A stretch of 64,000 nucleotides of DNA from positions 3,038,001-3,102,000 of the forward strand of contig OX597816.1 in assembly GCA_951406725.2 (NCBI GenBank), read 5' to 3'. This document shows positions 41,276 through 53,650 of the stretch, in pieces. The notes beneath the pieces are model-generated. The model was given only the letters and a program-made list of their open reading frames with translations, ran no database searches and was not told the origin of the DNA. How positions within the stretch are numbered: the stretch's first letter is position 1; the number at the start of each line of letters is the position of its first letter. A program made the translations under genes and the position numbers. The DNA comes from Octopus vulgaris (Eukaryota).

Positions 41276-41618
41276 TATATATATACACACATATATATAT
41301 ATGTATGTAAATGTGTGTGTAAGTATGTACATACGTATGTATGTATGTCTATGTATGTCTCTAGACAAACGTGGTGGCTGTGTGCACGCATGCATGGCTG
41401 CACCTCAATTACACACGGCCGCACAATACAAACATGAATACATTGACACACATAGGTAGATTACACATACACACACATACACACACATACACACATACGT
41501 ACACATAGATACATGTATTCACATATATATATATATATATACATACATACATGCTTACGTACGTATTCACACATGCGCGCATCGCGACGTACTTTCGCCA
41601 ATGTTTACATCAACACGG

Positions 41619-41671
<53 letters not shown>

Positions 41672-42067
41672 TAAAGCTGGTGGTGGTGGTGATGGTGGGG
41701 CAGCCAGCCAGCCAGCCAGCAGACAGATAGAGAGGTGAGTGTGTGGGTGAGGGTTTCGAGTGTGTGTGTGTTTTGCCAATGAGGCCTGGAAGACTGAAAA
41801 GTGTTTTATTTGTTGTGGATGTATCGGCAGGGCACAAGGCACAAGGCAAAAAGCCTAGTGTGGTGTAATTGAGAGAGAGAGAGAGAGAGAGAGACCAAAC
41901 ACTGCGAAGGCTTCTTTGTGTGTGTGTCCGTGTGTCCGTGTGTCCGTGTGTGTGTGCAAGGCAGGAAACTTTGTGTAATTGTTTCCTCATCCTCAAAACC
42001 GCAACTTAAAACTCAGTTACATTTCTACTGCTCACATTTTATGGCCATCTAGCTATTCATCTGTTTG

Positions 42068-42219
<152 letters not shown>

Positions 42220-42264
42220 GATCTTGCGAACTTTATCAGTAAAATATACTTTTATATATGTGTG

Positions 42265-42303
<39 letters not shown>

Positions 42304-42432
42304 ATGTGTATATACACATATATATATGTATAGTTACATTATATGATTACATGTGTTTGTGCGTGTGTATATATATATATATATACACATACATACATAT
42401 ATACATACTTACATTGCATACATACACACATG

Positions 42433-42466
<34 letters not shown>

Positions 42467-42609
42467 AATATATGTACATACATGTGTGTATAAATCTCTC
42501 TCCCTCTCTCTATTTCTATCTATCTATCTATCTATCTATCTGTCTGTCTACGTATATACATAATTATGCATATATATGTATATATATTCATATAATATAA
42601 AACATATAA

Positions 42610-42645
<36 letters not shown>

Positions 42646-43302
42646 TTATATATATATATATATATATAACATATATATACATATATATGCATATTTACGT
42701 ATACATTTATGTATCTCTCTCTCTCTCTCTCTCTCTCTGTCGTTCCATTTGCTGGCCTCTTCCAGTGTGTGTGTGTGAGTGTGTGTTTTTGATATTCTCC
42801 AATGTTATTCCAGCGCCGCGACCCTTCTACAAAAGTCCTCCCCACACAGGCAGGGGCGTGTGCATGCATTTACATGCACACACTTGCCGTGCGTTCAATA
42901 ATACGACACGACTTCCCTGCACGTTTATGCATGAATCCATAACCCCCGAAATTAAGTCTGTGGTGTGTATTTGGGCTATTTTGCGGGTAAAAGCGATAAA
43001 TGAGGCTACCCGAATGCATATATCACTGCCGTAATGCCGCGGCAGAGGCGAAATATCTGATTGGATTAGCGGATTCGCTTCTCAGCACAGCAGATTGTGT
43101 GTTTGAAGCACTGCAGGGGTTTCGCTACTTCACAGAATCTAAAAGTTTATAGCTACTCAAACACACACACACACACACACAGACACACACACACACACAC
43201 GCACACGCACATACACACACACACACACATACACACGAACGTACATATACACACGTATGCGTGCACGCGCAGCACACACACACAACATTATACTATTTCG
43301 TA

Positions 43303-43683
<381 letters not shown>

Positions 43684-43817
43684 CTTTATTAAAAATCAGC
43701 GAAAATATCACAGCTTTTGTGATATTTTTGCTGCTTTTTAATAAAGCATATTACTCTACCTCTGATATTCGAGTACTATTTTTTCCACCTTATTTCGCAT
43801 TTATGTACTTACTCTGG

Positions 43818-43895
<78 letters not shown>

Positions 43896-44057
43896 TAAGT
43901 AATATATAAATATATGCATATATACCACATACACGTAGGTTTTTTTTTGATATCCTGTACCCATATATGCATGTATACATACATAAATATATATATTCAT
44001 ATATTTATATATTATTTATATTATTATATGATCGAACGCCACGCATCCTTTTCCAAG

Positions 44058-44103
<46 letters not shown>

Positions 44104-44200
44104 AGGCAGATAGATAGATTGATATATATAATATTCACTATACATGTATACATTAATCCATATCTATCTCTCTGTGAATCAATCAATCAATCAATCGATG

Positions 44201-44333
<133 letters not shown>

Positions 44334-44334
44334 G

Positions 44335-44409
<75 letters not shown>

Positions 44410-44537
44410 TTTTATATGTCTCAGGCTTGAGGCTGCGGCCATATACCTTTATAAATACAAGGGTAAAAATTATTGAATAGTTTACACCAGTGGTTAGCAT
44501 GTGTAACAAAAGTCAGAAGACACAAGTATTTTTAAAA

Positions 44538-45085
44538 TATTATAGTGTCTGAGATAAACAAAGAGAGAAAACCATCATGTGGATTTCTTACATGCTAAAA
44601 ATGGCAGTCAAAGCCTAAAATCACGATAAAACATTCTTACATGAAATTACGTTTTATGCGAGCAAGACATTCGAGTGAATAAAAATTTCAGTGAAACTTA
44701 TACTCACAAGTTTCACTATTAATGACCAAAGAAATCAACTAATAAGTTAATTAATTGATCGATTAGTCGTCCGTAACTCGTATAAATACATGTGCATTCA
44801 ATTCCGTAATTCTACATCAAGAATTCAAATCGAATGTCTTTAAAACAACGCGCAAAACCAGAGTAGTATAGCAGCGGCCTTACTGACGAGTTACGGATGA
44901 CTAATTAATTAATTAACTTTTTAGTTGATTTCTTTGGTCATTAATAGTGAAAGTCGTGAGTGTAAGTTTCACTGAAATTTTTATTCACTCGAATGTCTTG
45001 TTCGCATGGGCTTTGACTGCCATTTTTAGCATGTAAGAAATCCACATGGTGGTTTTCTCTGTGTTTATTTCATACACTATCATAT
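44538..45085. repeat. Long imperfect inverted repeat (arms about 44538-44781 and 44886-45085)
   Basis: Arms are reverse complements with a ~40-bp indel; contains HHR F4. Confidence 0.9.
44879..44966 (+). ncRNA. Hammerhead motif with long stem II, family F4, inside an inverted repeat
   Basis: CTTA CTGACGA [GTTA..ATGACTAA...TTGGTCAT..TAGT] GAA AGTCGTGAGT G TAAG; the inverted copy reads GAA ACTTGTGAGT A TAAG, giving consensus ACTC-GT-GAGT A. Confidence 0.6.
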
Positions 45086-45123
45086 TATATATACACACAC
45101 ACAGACATATATATATATATATG

Positions 45124-45165
<42 letters not shown>

Positions 45166-45483
45166 CACATACATATATATATTTATTCATATAATATATA
45201 TATATGTGTGTGTGTGTGTGTATGTGCATGCATGTTATTTTAAGGAACTTGTTAAACTTTTTTATGTCCTTACCATGACCTTGTTACCAAAGACTGTATA
45301 TATGTAATGTAGCATTTTGTAACAACCAATAATTAATGCAACCAAACTTCTACATGTTACTTTTGACAATCTTTTTCCACAGAGTGAAACCGGTAAAGTA
45401 AATAAACATCTTTTAAAATTGCATTTTCAAACCTTCTTTCGTATATAATTCCACTCGTGCGGTACCCTACAACTCCACTTTGT

Positions 45484-45548
<65 letters not shown>

Positions 45549-45639
45549 TAGTTGAAAATTACCGAAAAACAAAAGACAAAGACAGGTGTGTAAACAACAA
45601 ACAAGTCTATTAATTTAACGCTCGGGAAGGTGAGAAAGT

Positions 45640-45675
45640 CCTTTACGTTTCGAGCCTACGCTCTTCAACAGAAAG
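45640..45675 (-). ncRNA. Minimal hammerhead motif, family F2
   Basis: CTTT CTGTTGA A GAGC-GTAG-GCTC GAA ACGT A AAGG; A6>U. Confidence 0.65.
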
Positions 45676-45728
45676 GAACACGAGAAAATAAACAGAGAAT
45701 ACAAAGACTTTTGAAAACTAGTGGTCAA

Positions 45729-45780
<52 letters not shown>

Positions 45781-46180
45781 GTGTGGCTTGCATTCCAACC
45801 ATATGGAGAAGCTTGCATTCCAACCACATGGTTCCGGGTTCAGATCTACTGCGTATCACCTTCAACAAACGTCTTCTACTTATAGCCTTTGGCTGACCAA
45901 AGCCTTGTGAGTGGATTTGGTAGACGGAAACTGAAAGAAGCACGTGGTGTATAGATGTATATATCTATGTGTGTGAGTGTGTGTGTGTATGTGTGTGTGA
46001 CTGTGTGTGTGTAGGTTGTGTCTTTCTGTCTACCAAATCCACTCACAAGGCTTTGATCATCTCGAGGTTACAGTAGAAGGCACCTGCCCAAGGTACCACG
46101 CAGTGGAACCGAACCCGCAACCATGTGCTTGGGAATCAAACTTCTTACCACATAACCACACACACACACACATTCACACA

Positions 46181-46393
46181 GAAACGTTAGCGCGCCGGGC
46201 GAAATGCTTAGCGGTATTTTGTCTGTCTTTACGTTCTGAGTTCAAATTCCGCCGAGGTCGACTTTGCCTTTCATCCTTTCGGGGTCGATAAATTAGGTAC
46301 CAGTTTCGCACTGGGGTCGATGTAATCGACTTAATCCCTTTGTCTGTCCTTGTTTGTCCCCTCTGTGTTTACCCCCTTGTGGGTAGTAAAGAA

Positions 46394-46396
<3 letters not shown>
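46181..46396 (+). mobile_element. SINE family B, slightly 5' truncated
   Basis: Match to 1831-2061. Confidence 0.88.
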
Positions 46397-46455
<59 letters not shown>

Positions 46456-46464
46456 ATGCATGAG

Positions 46465-46523
<59 letters not shown>

Positions 46524-47076
46524 CATGAGATTGTGTGTGTGTGTATGTATGTATTATTCTTATACAGGAATGTTGTTGACAGTGACTTCGAAGTTACAGA
46601 CAGTTAACACACCATCGGACTGTATTTATATATTAATATATTGCATGTACGTGTGCCTCCCTGTATGTATATACTCCGGCAAATATATTGATGCATAGAT
46701 ATATATACGCATGCGTATACATATACGTATGTAGATGTGTGTATGTATTTCTGTATGCATACATGTATGTGTATATATATGTAGAACGTTGTGCAAGTGT
46801 ACAGGTGTGTGTACGTGTACAGGTGTGTGTGTTGATGTCCGCATTACTCCACATGCGGCCACATGTAGTGAAAGTATGGTTGTCTTCTCAAGCATCTGTG
46901 TGCGTCACACTTAGCGGCACGTGTGACACGCGTTCGGGAATTTGTGCTGACGTGCATGTTCCTGCCATTGTTGTACATGTAATACGCGCGTGTGCGCCTT
47001 TGTGTGCGTCCGCACGTTCGGTGTGTGTATATGTATGCAAATGCCTACAGGCTTACACTTTCGAATGTAAGCGTGT

Positions 47077-47227
47077 ACACACACACACATACATACATAC
47101 ATACATACATACATACATACATACATACACACATACATACATACATACATACATACATACATACATACATGCATACATACATAGATACACACACACACAT
47201 ACATACATACATAAATGCATACATACA

Positions 47228-47261
<34 letters not shown>

Positions 47262-47427
47262 CATACATACACACACACATACATACATACATACATACAT
47301 ACATACATACATACATACATACATACATACATACACACATACACATACATACATACATACATACATACATACATACACACACACATACATACATACATAC
47401 ATACATACATACATACATACACACACA

Positions 47428-47461
<34 letters not shown>

Positions 47462-47595
47462 CATACATACATACACACGCACACATACATACATACATAC
47501 ACACAGACATATATACATACATATATACATACATACACACACATACACACATACATACATACATACATACATACATACATACATACATACATACA

Positions 47596-47631
<36 letters not shown>

Positions 47632-47700
47632 TGTATATATATATAATATATTTATACATATGTATATGTATATATAGATATATATATACATATATATACA
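47077..47700. repeat. (CATA)n microsatellite
   Basis: Direct reading. Confidence 0.97.
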
Positions 47701-48205
47701 TGTTCGTTGGCGTGTATAGGAATGTAATGTATTCGTGTCTCTGTTGCTGTTGTTGTTGTTGTTGTTGTTAAGCAACAAGACGGGTAAGGGTGATTAGGTG
47801 ATGGTCTAGGGCTTAGGGGCTGGAGACCCCAGACCTTGGAAAAAAACCTTTGGTCGTCTTGTTGTAGTCGAGGGCTCTCTGTTGACGCCTGGCACCACTG
47901 GGAGGAGGTGGCCCTCAAAGTCGCTGGAAATGGAGATCTCCGGGTCCAAATTCTTGAACGGCTGATGATGTTGTCGTTGTTATTGCAGTTGTCTCACAAT
48001 TCAGCCCAGGAGAAGCAGATCCTTGATCAAAGAGGTTGTTTTAAGCATCTCGATATCCCTTAAAATTAAGGTCCTACAGCCTTGAAATTTGGAAACATTG
48101 TACAGTGTACTCCTAGATACTTTATGCCTCAAAGATGATTGGCGCGGCTGGAACGCCTAGCTATATTGCAGGTGTATGCTGACAATACACGATATTATAT
48201 ATATA

Positions 48206-48243
<38 letters not shown>

Positions 48244-48424
48244 TGCTTGTACCCCCACCATCGCTTGACAACCGATGCTGGTGTGTTTAATGTGTCTGTG
48301 ACTTACCGGTTCGGCTAAAGAGACCGATAGAATAAGTATTAGGCTTACAAAGAATAAATCCTGGGGTCGATTTGTTCAACTAAAGGCGGTGCTCCAGCAT
48401 GGCCGCACAAACAAATGCATAAAA

Positions 48425-48467
<43 letters not shown>

Positions 48468-48580
48468 TAATAATAATAATAGTAATAGTATGACAACAAA
48501 AGAACGAATGAGACCTCGATATTATGTAAAATAGAAGAATTTATCTATAAATATAATATTTGACAATTAGTTGGTTGTCA

Positions 48581-48643
48581 TAATAAAACTCAGAGTTTCG
48601 GATGCTGGGGCTGAAGCCTGCTCCGGCATCTCATCAGTTATTA
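48581..48643 (-). ncRNA. Type I hammerhead with intact catalytic core, family F5
   Basis: TAATAA CTGATGA GATGC-(20 nt)-GCATC C GAA ACTC-T-GAGT T TTATTA: 6-bp stem I, 5-bp stem II, near-palindromic stem III, GUU site. Confidence 0.8.
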
Positions 48644-48722
48644 AGACGTGATGCTGGAGCAGACTTCAACCCCGACATCCGAAACCCTGAGTTTTATTAT
48701 GACAACCAACTGTCACATGTTA

Positions 48723-48948
48723 GGCGCAGGAGTGGCTGTGTGGTAAGTAGCTTACTAACTAACCACATGGTTCCGGGTTCAGTCCCACTGCGTGGCATCT
48801 TGGGCAAGTGTCTTCTGCTATAGCCCCGGGCCGACCAATGAGCTTACATAGAATAAGTCCCGGGGTCGAGTTTGCTCGACTAAAGGTGGTGCTCCAGCAT
48901 GGCCGCAGTCAAATGACTGAAACAAGTAAAAGAGTAAAGAGTAAAGAG
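48723..48948 (+). mobile_element. SINE family A with internal deletion
   Basis: Head joined directly to the 3' tail at about 48840. Confidence 0.85.
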
Positions 48949-49066
48949 TATATATATTAGAAGGTTTGGAGATGATGTTCAGGTATTATATATTAGAAGA
49001 AATGAAGTACTCAGAAATCCGGATGGTTTTATATTTACAGATATTTATTAGTATGATCAATTTGAT

Positions 49067-49107
49067 CAATTTGAAGACTCCACTAGAATGGACGAAAGCG
49101 CTAATAT
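49067..49107 (+). ncRNA. Hammerhead-like motif, family F6 (degenerate; second copy about 39520-39560 minus)
   Basis: TTGAAGA C-TCCA-CTAGAA-TGGA-C GAA AGCGCT A ATAT; palindromic AGCGCT stem III, C3>U, weak stem I. Confidence 0.45.
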
Positions 49108-49485
49108 ATATGATATATGATGTATAAAAACATGTAAAATACTAATAAATATTTGTAAATATAAAACGATCCGGATTTCTGAGTACCTCATTTCCTCTAA
49201 TATATATGTGTGTGTGTGTGTGTGTAATATATGCATGTAAGTGTGTGTGTGTAAACAATTGATCATTAAACTGAAGAATCCATACATTTTATAGATTCCA
49301 TATTTTTTTAGATTTTCAACGAGTGTGGGGGGTGGGGAGGGAAGTGAGAGCGATTTGGTTTCGCTCGAATCCAAAACGTTCGCAAAAAGAGAAAAAGAAA
49401 TTGAAACCATTACGCCATATGCCTTTGGTTAAGAGTGCGGGCTACTACTAACTCCAAGATTCCGAGTTCGATTCCAGGCAGTGAT

Positions 49486-49586
<101 letters not shown>

Positions 49587-49643
49587 CAATAACATCGAAA
49601 AAATACCTTAGAAATGAGAACCCAGGTTCGAAATTTCCCCAAG

Positions 49644-49686
49644 GCACCTGATGAAGGCTGGAGGGTATATCAGCCAAAACATTGTA
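49644..49686 (+). ncRNA. Hammerhead motif, family F7, downstream of tRNA-like head
   Basis: GCAC CTGATGA A GGCTG-GAGGGTATAT-CAGCC AAA ACAT T GTAT; two CpG>CpA changes convert CGAAACGT to CAAAACAT. Confidence 0.65.
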
Positions 49687-49724
49687 TTAACAACAAACAA
49701 GATGAGGACAAATATCCGTCAAAT

Positions 49725-49880
49725 GTGTGGTAAGTAGCTTGCTAACCAACCACATGGTTCCGGGTTCAGTCCCACCGCGTGGCCTCTTGGGCAAGTGTTT
49801 TCTACTATAGCCTCGGGCCGACCAAAGTCTTGTGAGTGGATTTGGTAGAAGGAAACTGAAAGAAGCCCGTCGTATATATG

Positions 49881-49911
<31 letters not shown>

Positions 49912-50139
49912 GTTTGTGTGTCTGTGTGTCTGTGTTTGTCCCCCTAGCATTGCTTGACAACCGATGCTGATGTGTTTACGTCCCGGTAACTTAGCGGTTC
50001 GGCAAAAAGAGACCGATAGAATAAGTACCAGGGTTACAAAGAATAAGTCCCGGGGTCGATTTGCTCAACTAAAGGCGGTGCTCCAGCATGGCCGCAGTCA
50101 AATGACTGAAACAAGTAAAAGAGTAAGAGTAAAAAGAGT
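49725..50139 (+). mobile_element. SINE family A nested in the tRNA-HHR element
   Basis: Interrupts ...ccgtcaaatgt | gtaaataatgtaaataat... Confidence 0.85.
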
Positions 50140-50605
50140 AATGTAAATAATGTAAATAATGTAAATAATGTACATAATTGCTCACCCCTTAAAAATAAAA
50201 CTGCAAGACCCTTATGTTTTAATCACATTCCAAATCACAAATAAATTTTCTTTCTCGGAAGTTATTGTTCTGATCAGAAATTGCTTTTGACGGAAGAAAT
50301 AGTAAAAATGTCTTTTTTCTTTGTTGTTTCAAAATTATGGCCATTTTAGTTGATTGCAGAAACAGTTTTTTTTCTTTTTCAGCGGAAAATCGAATCATGG
50401 ATTTAACTAATAATTAGCTTAATTATATGATTTAATTACGGCGAAATATATAGTAGTAAATAATGTATAAAAATTAGTATTGGACAGGCGGAAATGGTAA
50501 AGTTTTTAAGTCGAGTCCTGTAATAGAATCTTTCACACATTTATTGGACGGAGACACAGAAGTCAGCTGACCAGGGAGGCTGGGTATTCTATCGATTGCA
50601 TCTTT

Positions 50606-50987
50606 TATCTTTTTACTTGTTTCAGTCATTAGACTGCGGCCATGCTGGGGCACCGCCTTCAAGGAGTGTAGTCGAACAAATCGACCCCACTACTTTTGTT
50701 TTATGTTTGGTACTCATTCTATCGATCTCTTTTGCCGAACCGCTACGTTACGGGGACGTAACCAAACTAGTACCGGTTGTGATAGGGTGGTAGGGGACAA
50801 ACACAGGCACACACACACACACACACACATTTATATATCCAATGGGCTTCTTTCAGTTTTCGCATTCCATAATCCCCGCATAAGGCTTTGGTCGGCCCGA
50901 GGCGATAGGGGAAAGCACTTGCCCAAGGTGCCACGCATTGGGACTGAACCTACAACCATGTGGGATGCAAGCTTCTTACCACACAGC
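50606..50987 (-). mobile_element. SINE family A, diverged copy
   Basis: Match to family A in reverse. Confidence 0.8.
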
Positions 50988-51052
50988 CAGTTATTTTAAA
51001 ATAAAAATGATTCAAAAACGATATGTTTATGTGTGTGCATGTATGTATCATG

Positions 51053-51150
<98 letters not shown>

Positions 51151-51408
51151 AAGATATATATATATTTATATATATATATATATATATAAAATTATAAATT
51201 AAGGTATCTACGAGATACCACCATGCTGAAAATAGCAGCCATGTTCTGACTCTAAAACCACCTTAATTTTCCATATCATGGTATAGCATGGTGGTATCTC
51301 GTAGATACCCTAATTTATAATTTTAATAATTATTACCTTTGAAGGTTATTTTTTCCATGCTGGCCACTTGATAAAATCGTTATTTTATTTTTAAATTAAC
51401 GATCTTTT

Positions 51409-51455
<47 letters not shown>

Positions 51456-51550
51456 ATCCAAACAAGAAAGCACAAAAAAAACACAACAACGCGAGGACGT
51501 GGAACAAATAAAGTATTATTGGACGCTCAGGAAAGAAGGAAAGAAGGAGG

Positions 51551-51585
51551 GTTTAACGTCTCGAGCGGAGCTCTTCGTCGGAAAC
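51551..51585 (-). ncRNA. Minimal hammerhead motif, family F1
   Basis: GTTT CCGACGA A GAGC-TCC-GCTC GAG ACGT T AAAC; with copy 175-209 the consensus is fully canonical; third decayed copy at 55644-55678. Confidence 0.65.
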
Positions 51586-52106
51586 ATAGGAGAAGGAAAG
51601 ATCCAGTGAAGGGAAGACAGAGGGAAAAAAAATCGCCAACGGTACACACGATGTGCGTACGGTTAGGTTTAACGACCACTACCGTATGAGTTAGAGCTCC
51701 ATCTAGATTATCGTCATCCAGTCAGCTTCCAGTGTAGTCGTTAGTCTGCTTATGTACTTAATAGTTTTTTAAGTAGTTATGATAAACAGCAGATATGTAG
51801 GGGAAGATTAAGATAATCGTGGTCGATAAAGTAAGGACCAGTGAAACACTAGGGTCTATGTAATCGACTAGAACCGCCCGCCCGCCTCCACGAAATTCCA
51901 GGCCTTGTGTCTTTAGTAGAAAGGATTATTAAGTGTAAAGGTTCATTCTAAGTCTGTTAGTAATGTCTGGTGGTTGCGGTCCGGGAGAAGAAACCGGAGG
52001 CCAAAACTGTAGGAAGAAATTGGTGCCGGAGTTTGGATGAAGGTTTTATACACGACCCTCGTGGCCCCAAAACTTACGAAGTTTGCAGATTCACACACAC
52101 ACATAC

Positions 52107-52137
<31 letters not shown>

Positions 52138-52399
52138 TCTGTATACGTGTGTATGCGTGTGTGTGTGTGCATGTGTATGTATGTGTATACACACACATAT
52201 AATTATAAGTATAATCATACACGCACATGTATGTATGTATGTATTTATGTGTATGTATGTATCAAAACCCAACGGAGACCAACAGAGAGGGAGAGACAGA
52301 AGGAGAGAGGGAGAGGGAGATAGAGAGGGAGAGACAGAAGGAGAGAGAGATAGAGAGATAGATAGATATATATAGATAGAGAGAGAGGGAGAGGGAGCA

Positions 52400-52508
52400 G
52401 CGAAAAGCTCAAGTGTCGCCGTTGACAAGGCGAGAGGCTATTATTAAATTCATGTTCCATTGCTACAGGTGCGTAATAAAGCCGGTGAAAGAAAGGGAGA
52501 AGGACAGC

Positions 52509-52550
<42 letters not shown>

Positions 52551-52880
52551 AGAGTGAATGGAATGGAAGCGGGAGGGGAGAGGAGGGCGTTGTGAGTGAG
52601 CGTAAGTAAGAGTTTGCCGAGCGTGAGAGCAAGAGTGGCACGCGCGGTTCATGGGAACTGGAGCGACGCGAGGATTCCAGGCTCGCGCGGCTGCGAGTGA
52701 GGGTGGGAGGCAAGTGGGGAAGAGGAGTAAGAAGGAGCGTGCGTGAGTGTGCTTACGCGAAGGAAGGGAGGGGGGAGTGGATGATGGCGGAGGAGGAGGA
52801 GGCGGCGGCGACAACCTGGTGGCGACGGCGAGTGAGTGTCTGCGTGAGTGCGCGCGCGTAGTAGATCTGTGTGGATCCGT
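52400..52880. promoter_or_regulatory. CpG-rich island: candidate distal enhancer or promoter
   Basis: Unique CpG-rich block between GA tracts, with GGCACGCG (52637-52644), CATGGGAA (52650-52657), CAGGTG and TCAAGTG motifs. Confidence 0.4.
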
Positions 52881-53417
52881 TTAAACAAGAGATTCTCTCT
52901 TATTAGGAAATCCCTCCCCGCCCCCCACCGCTTATTATTAAAGTTAAGTTGTCGCGTTATTGTTGTTATTGTTTAACCTCCCCACCCACCCTCCACCACC
53001 CGGTCGTCCCTGCTCAGTGAGTCCTAACATCGAAGGCATTCCAGCCATGACAATCGCATCGACTTTGCCTTTCATCCTTTCGGACTCGATAAATTAAGGA
53101 CCAGTTACGCACTGGGGTCGATGTAATCAACTCGTCCCCCCTCCCCCAAAATTTCTGGCCTTGTGCCAAAAGTAGAAAGGATTGTTATTATCAGTATCAT
53201 CACCATTATTATTGTTGTTGTTATTATTAATATTTTTATTATTGTTTAATTGAAATGGTTGTAGTAATAGTAGTTATAGTAGCAGTAGCAGCAACAGCAG
53301 CAGCAGTAATATTAGAGGTAGTAGTAGTAGTAGTAGACGGTGTTGTTTAATCTCGGGTGAGAAGCAATCCAACTGAGACCCTCACCTTCTACATCTCAAG
53401 CAGTTTCTCTCGGTCGA

Positions 53418-53650
53418 GGCGGCGAGCTGGCAGAACCAAGCGAAATGCGTAGCCGTATTTCGTCTGCCGTTACGTTCTGAGTTCAAATTCCGCCGAGGTC
53501 GACTTTGTCTTTCATCCTTTCGGGGTCGATAAATTAAGTACCAGTTACGCACTGGGGTCGATAAATTTAGTACCATTTACGCACTGGGGTCGATTTCTGT
53601 CCTTGTTTGTCCCCTCTGTGTTTAGCCCCTTGTGGGTAGTAAAGAAATAA
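53418..53650 (+). mobile_element. SINE family B with internal ~32-bp duplication
   Basis: ggggtcgataaatt.agtacca.ttacgcact repeated at 53522-53593. Confidence 0.85.
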
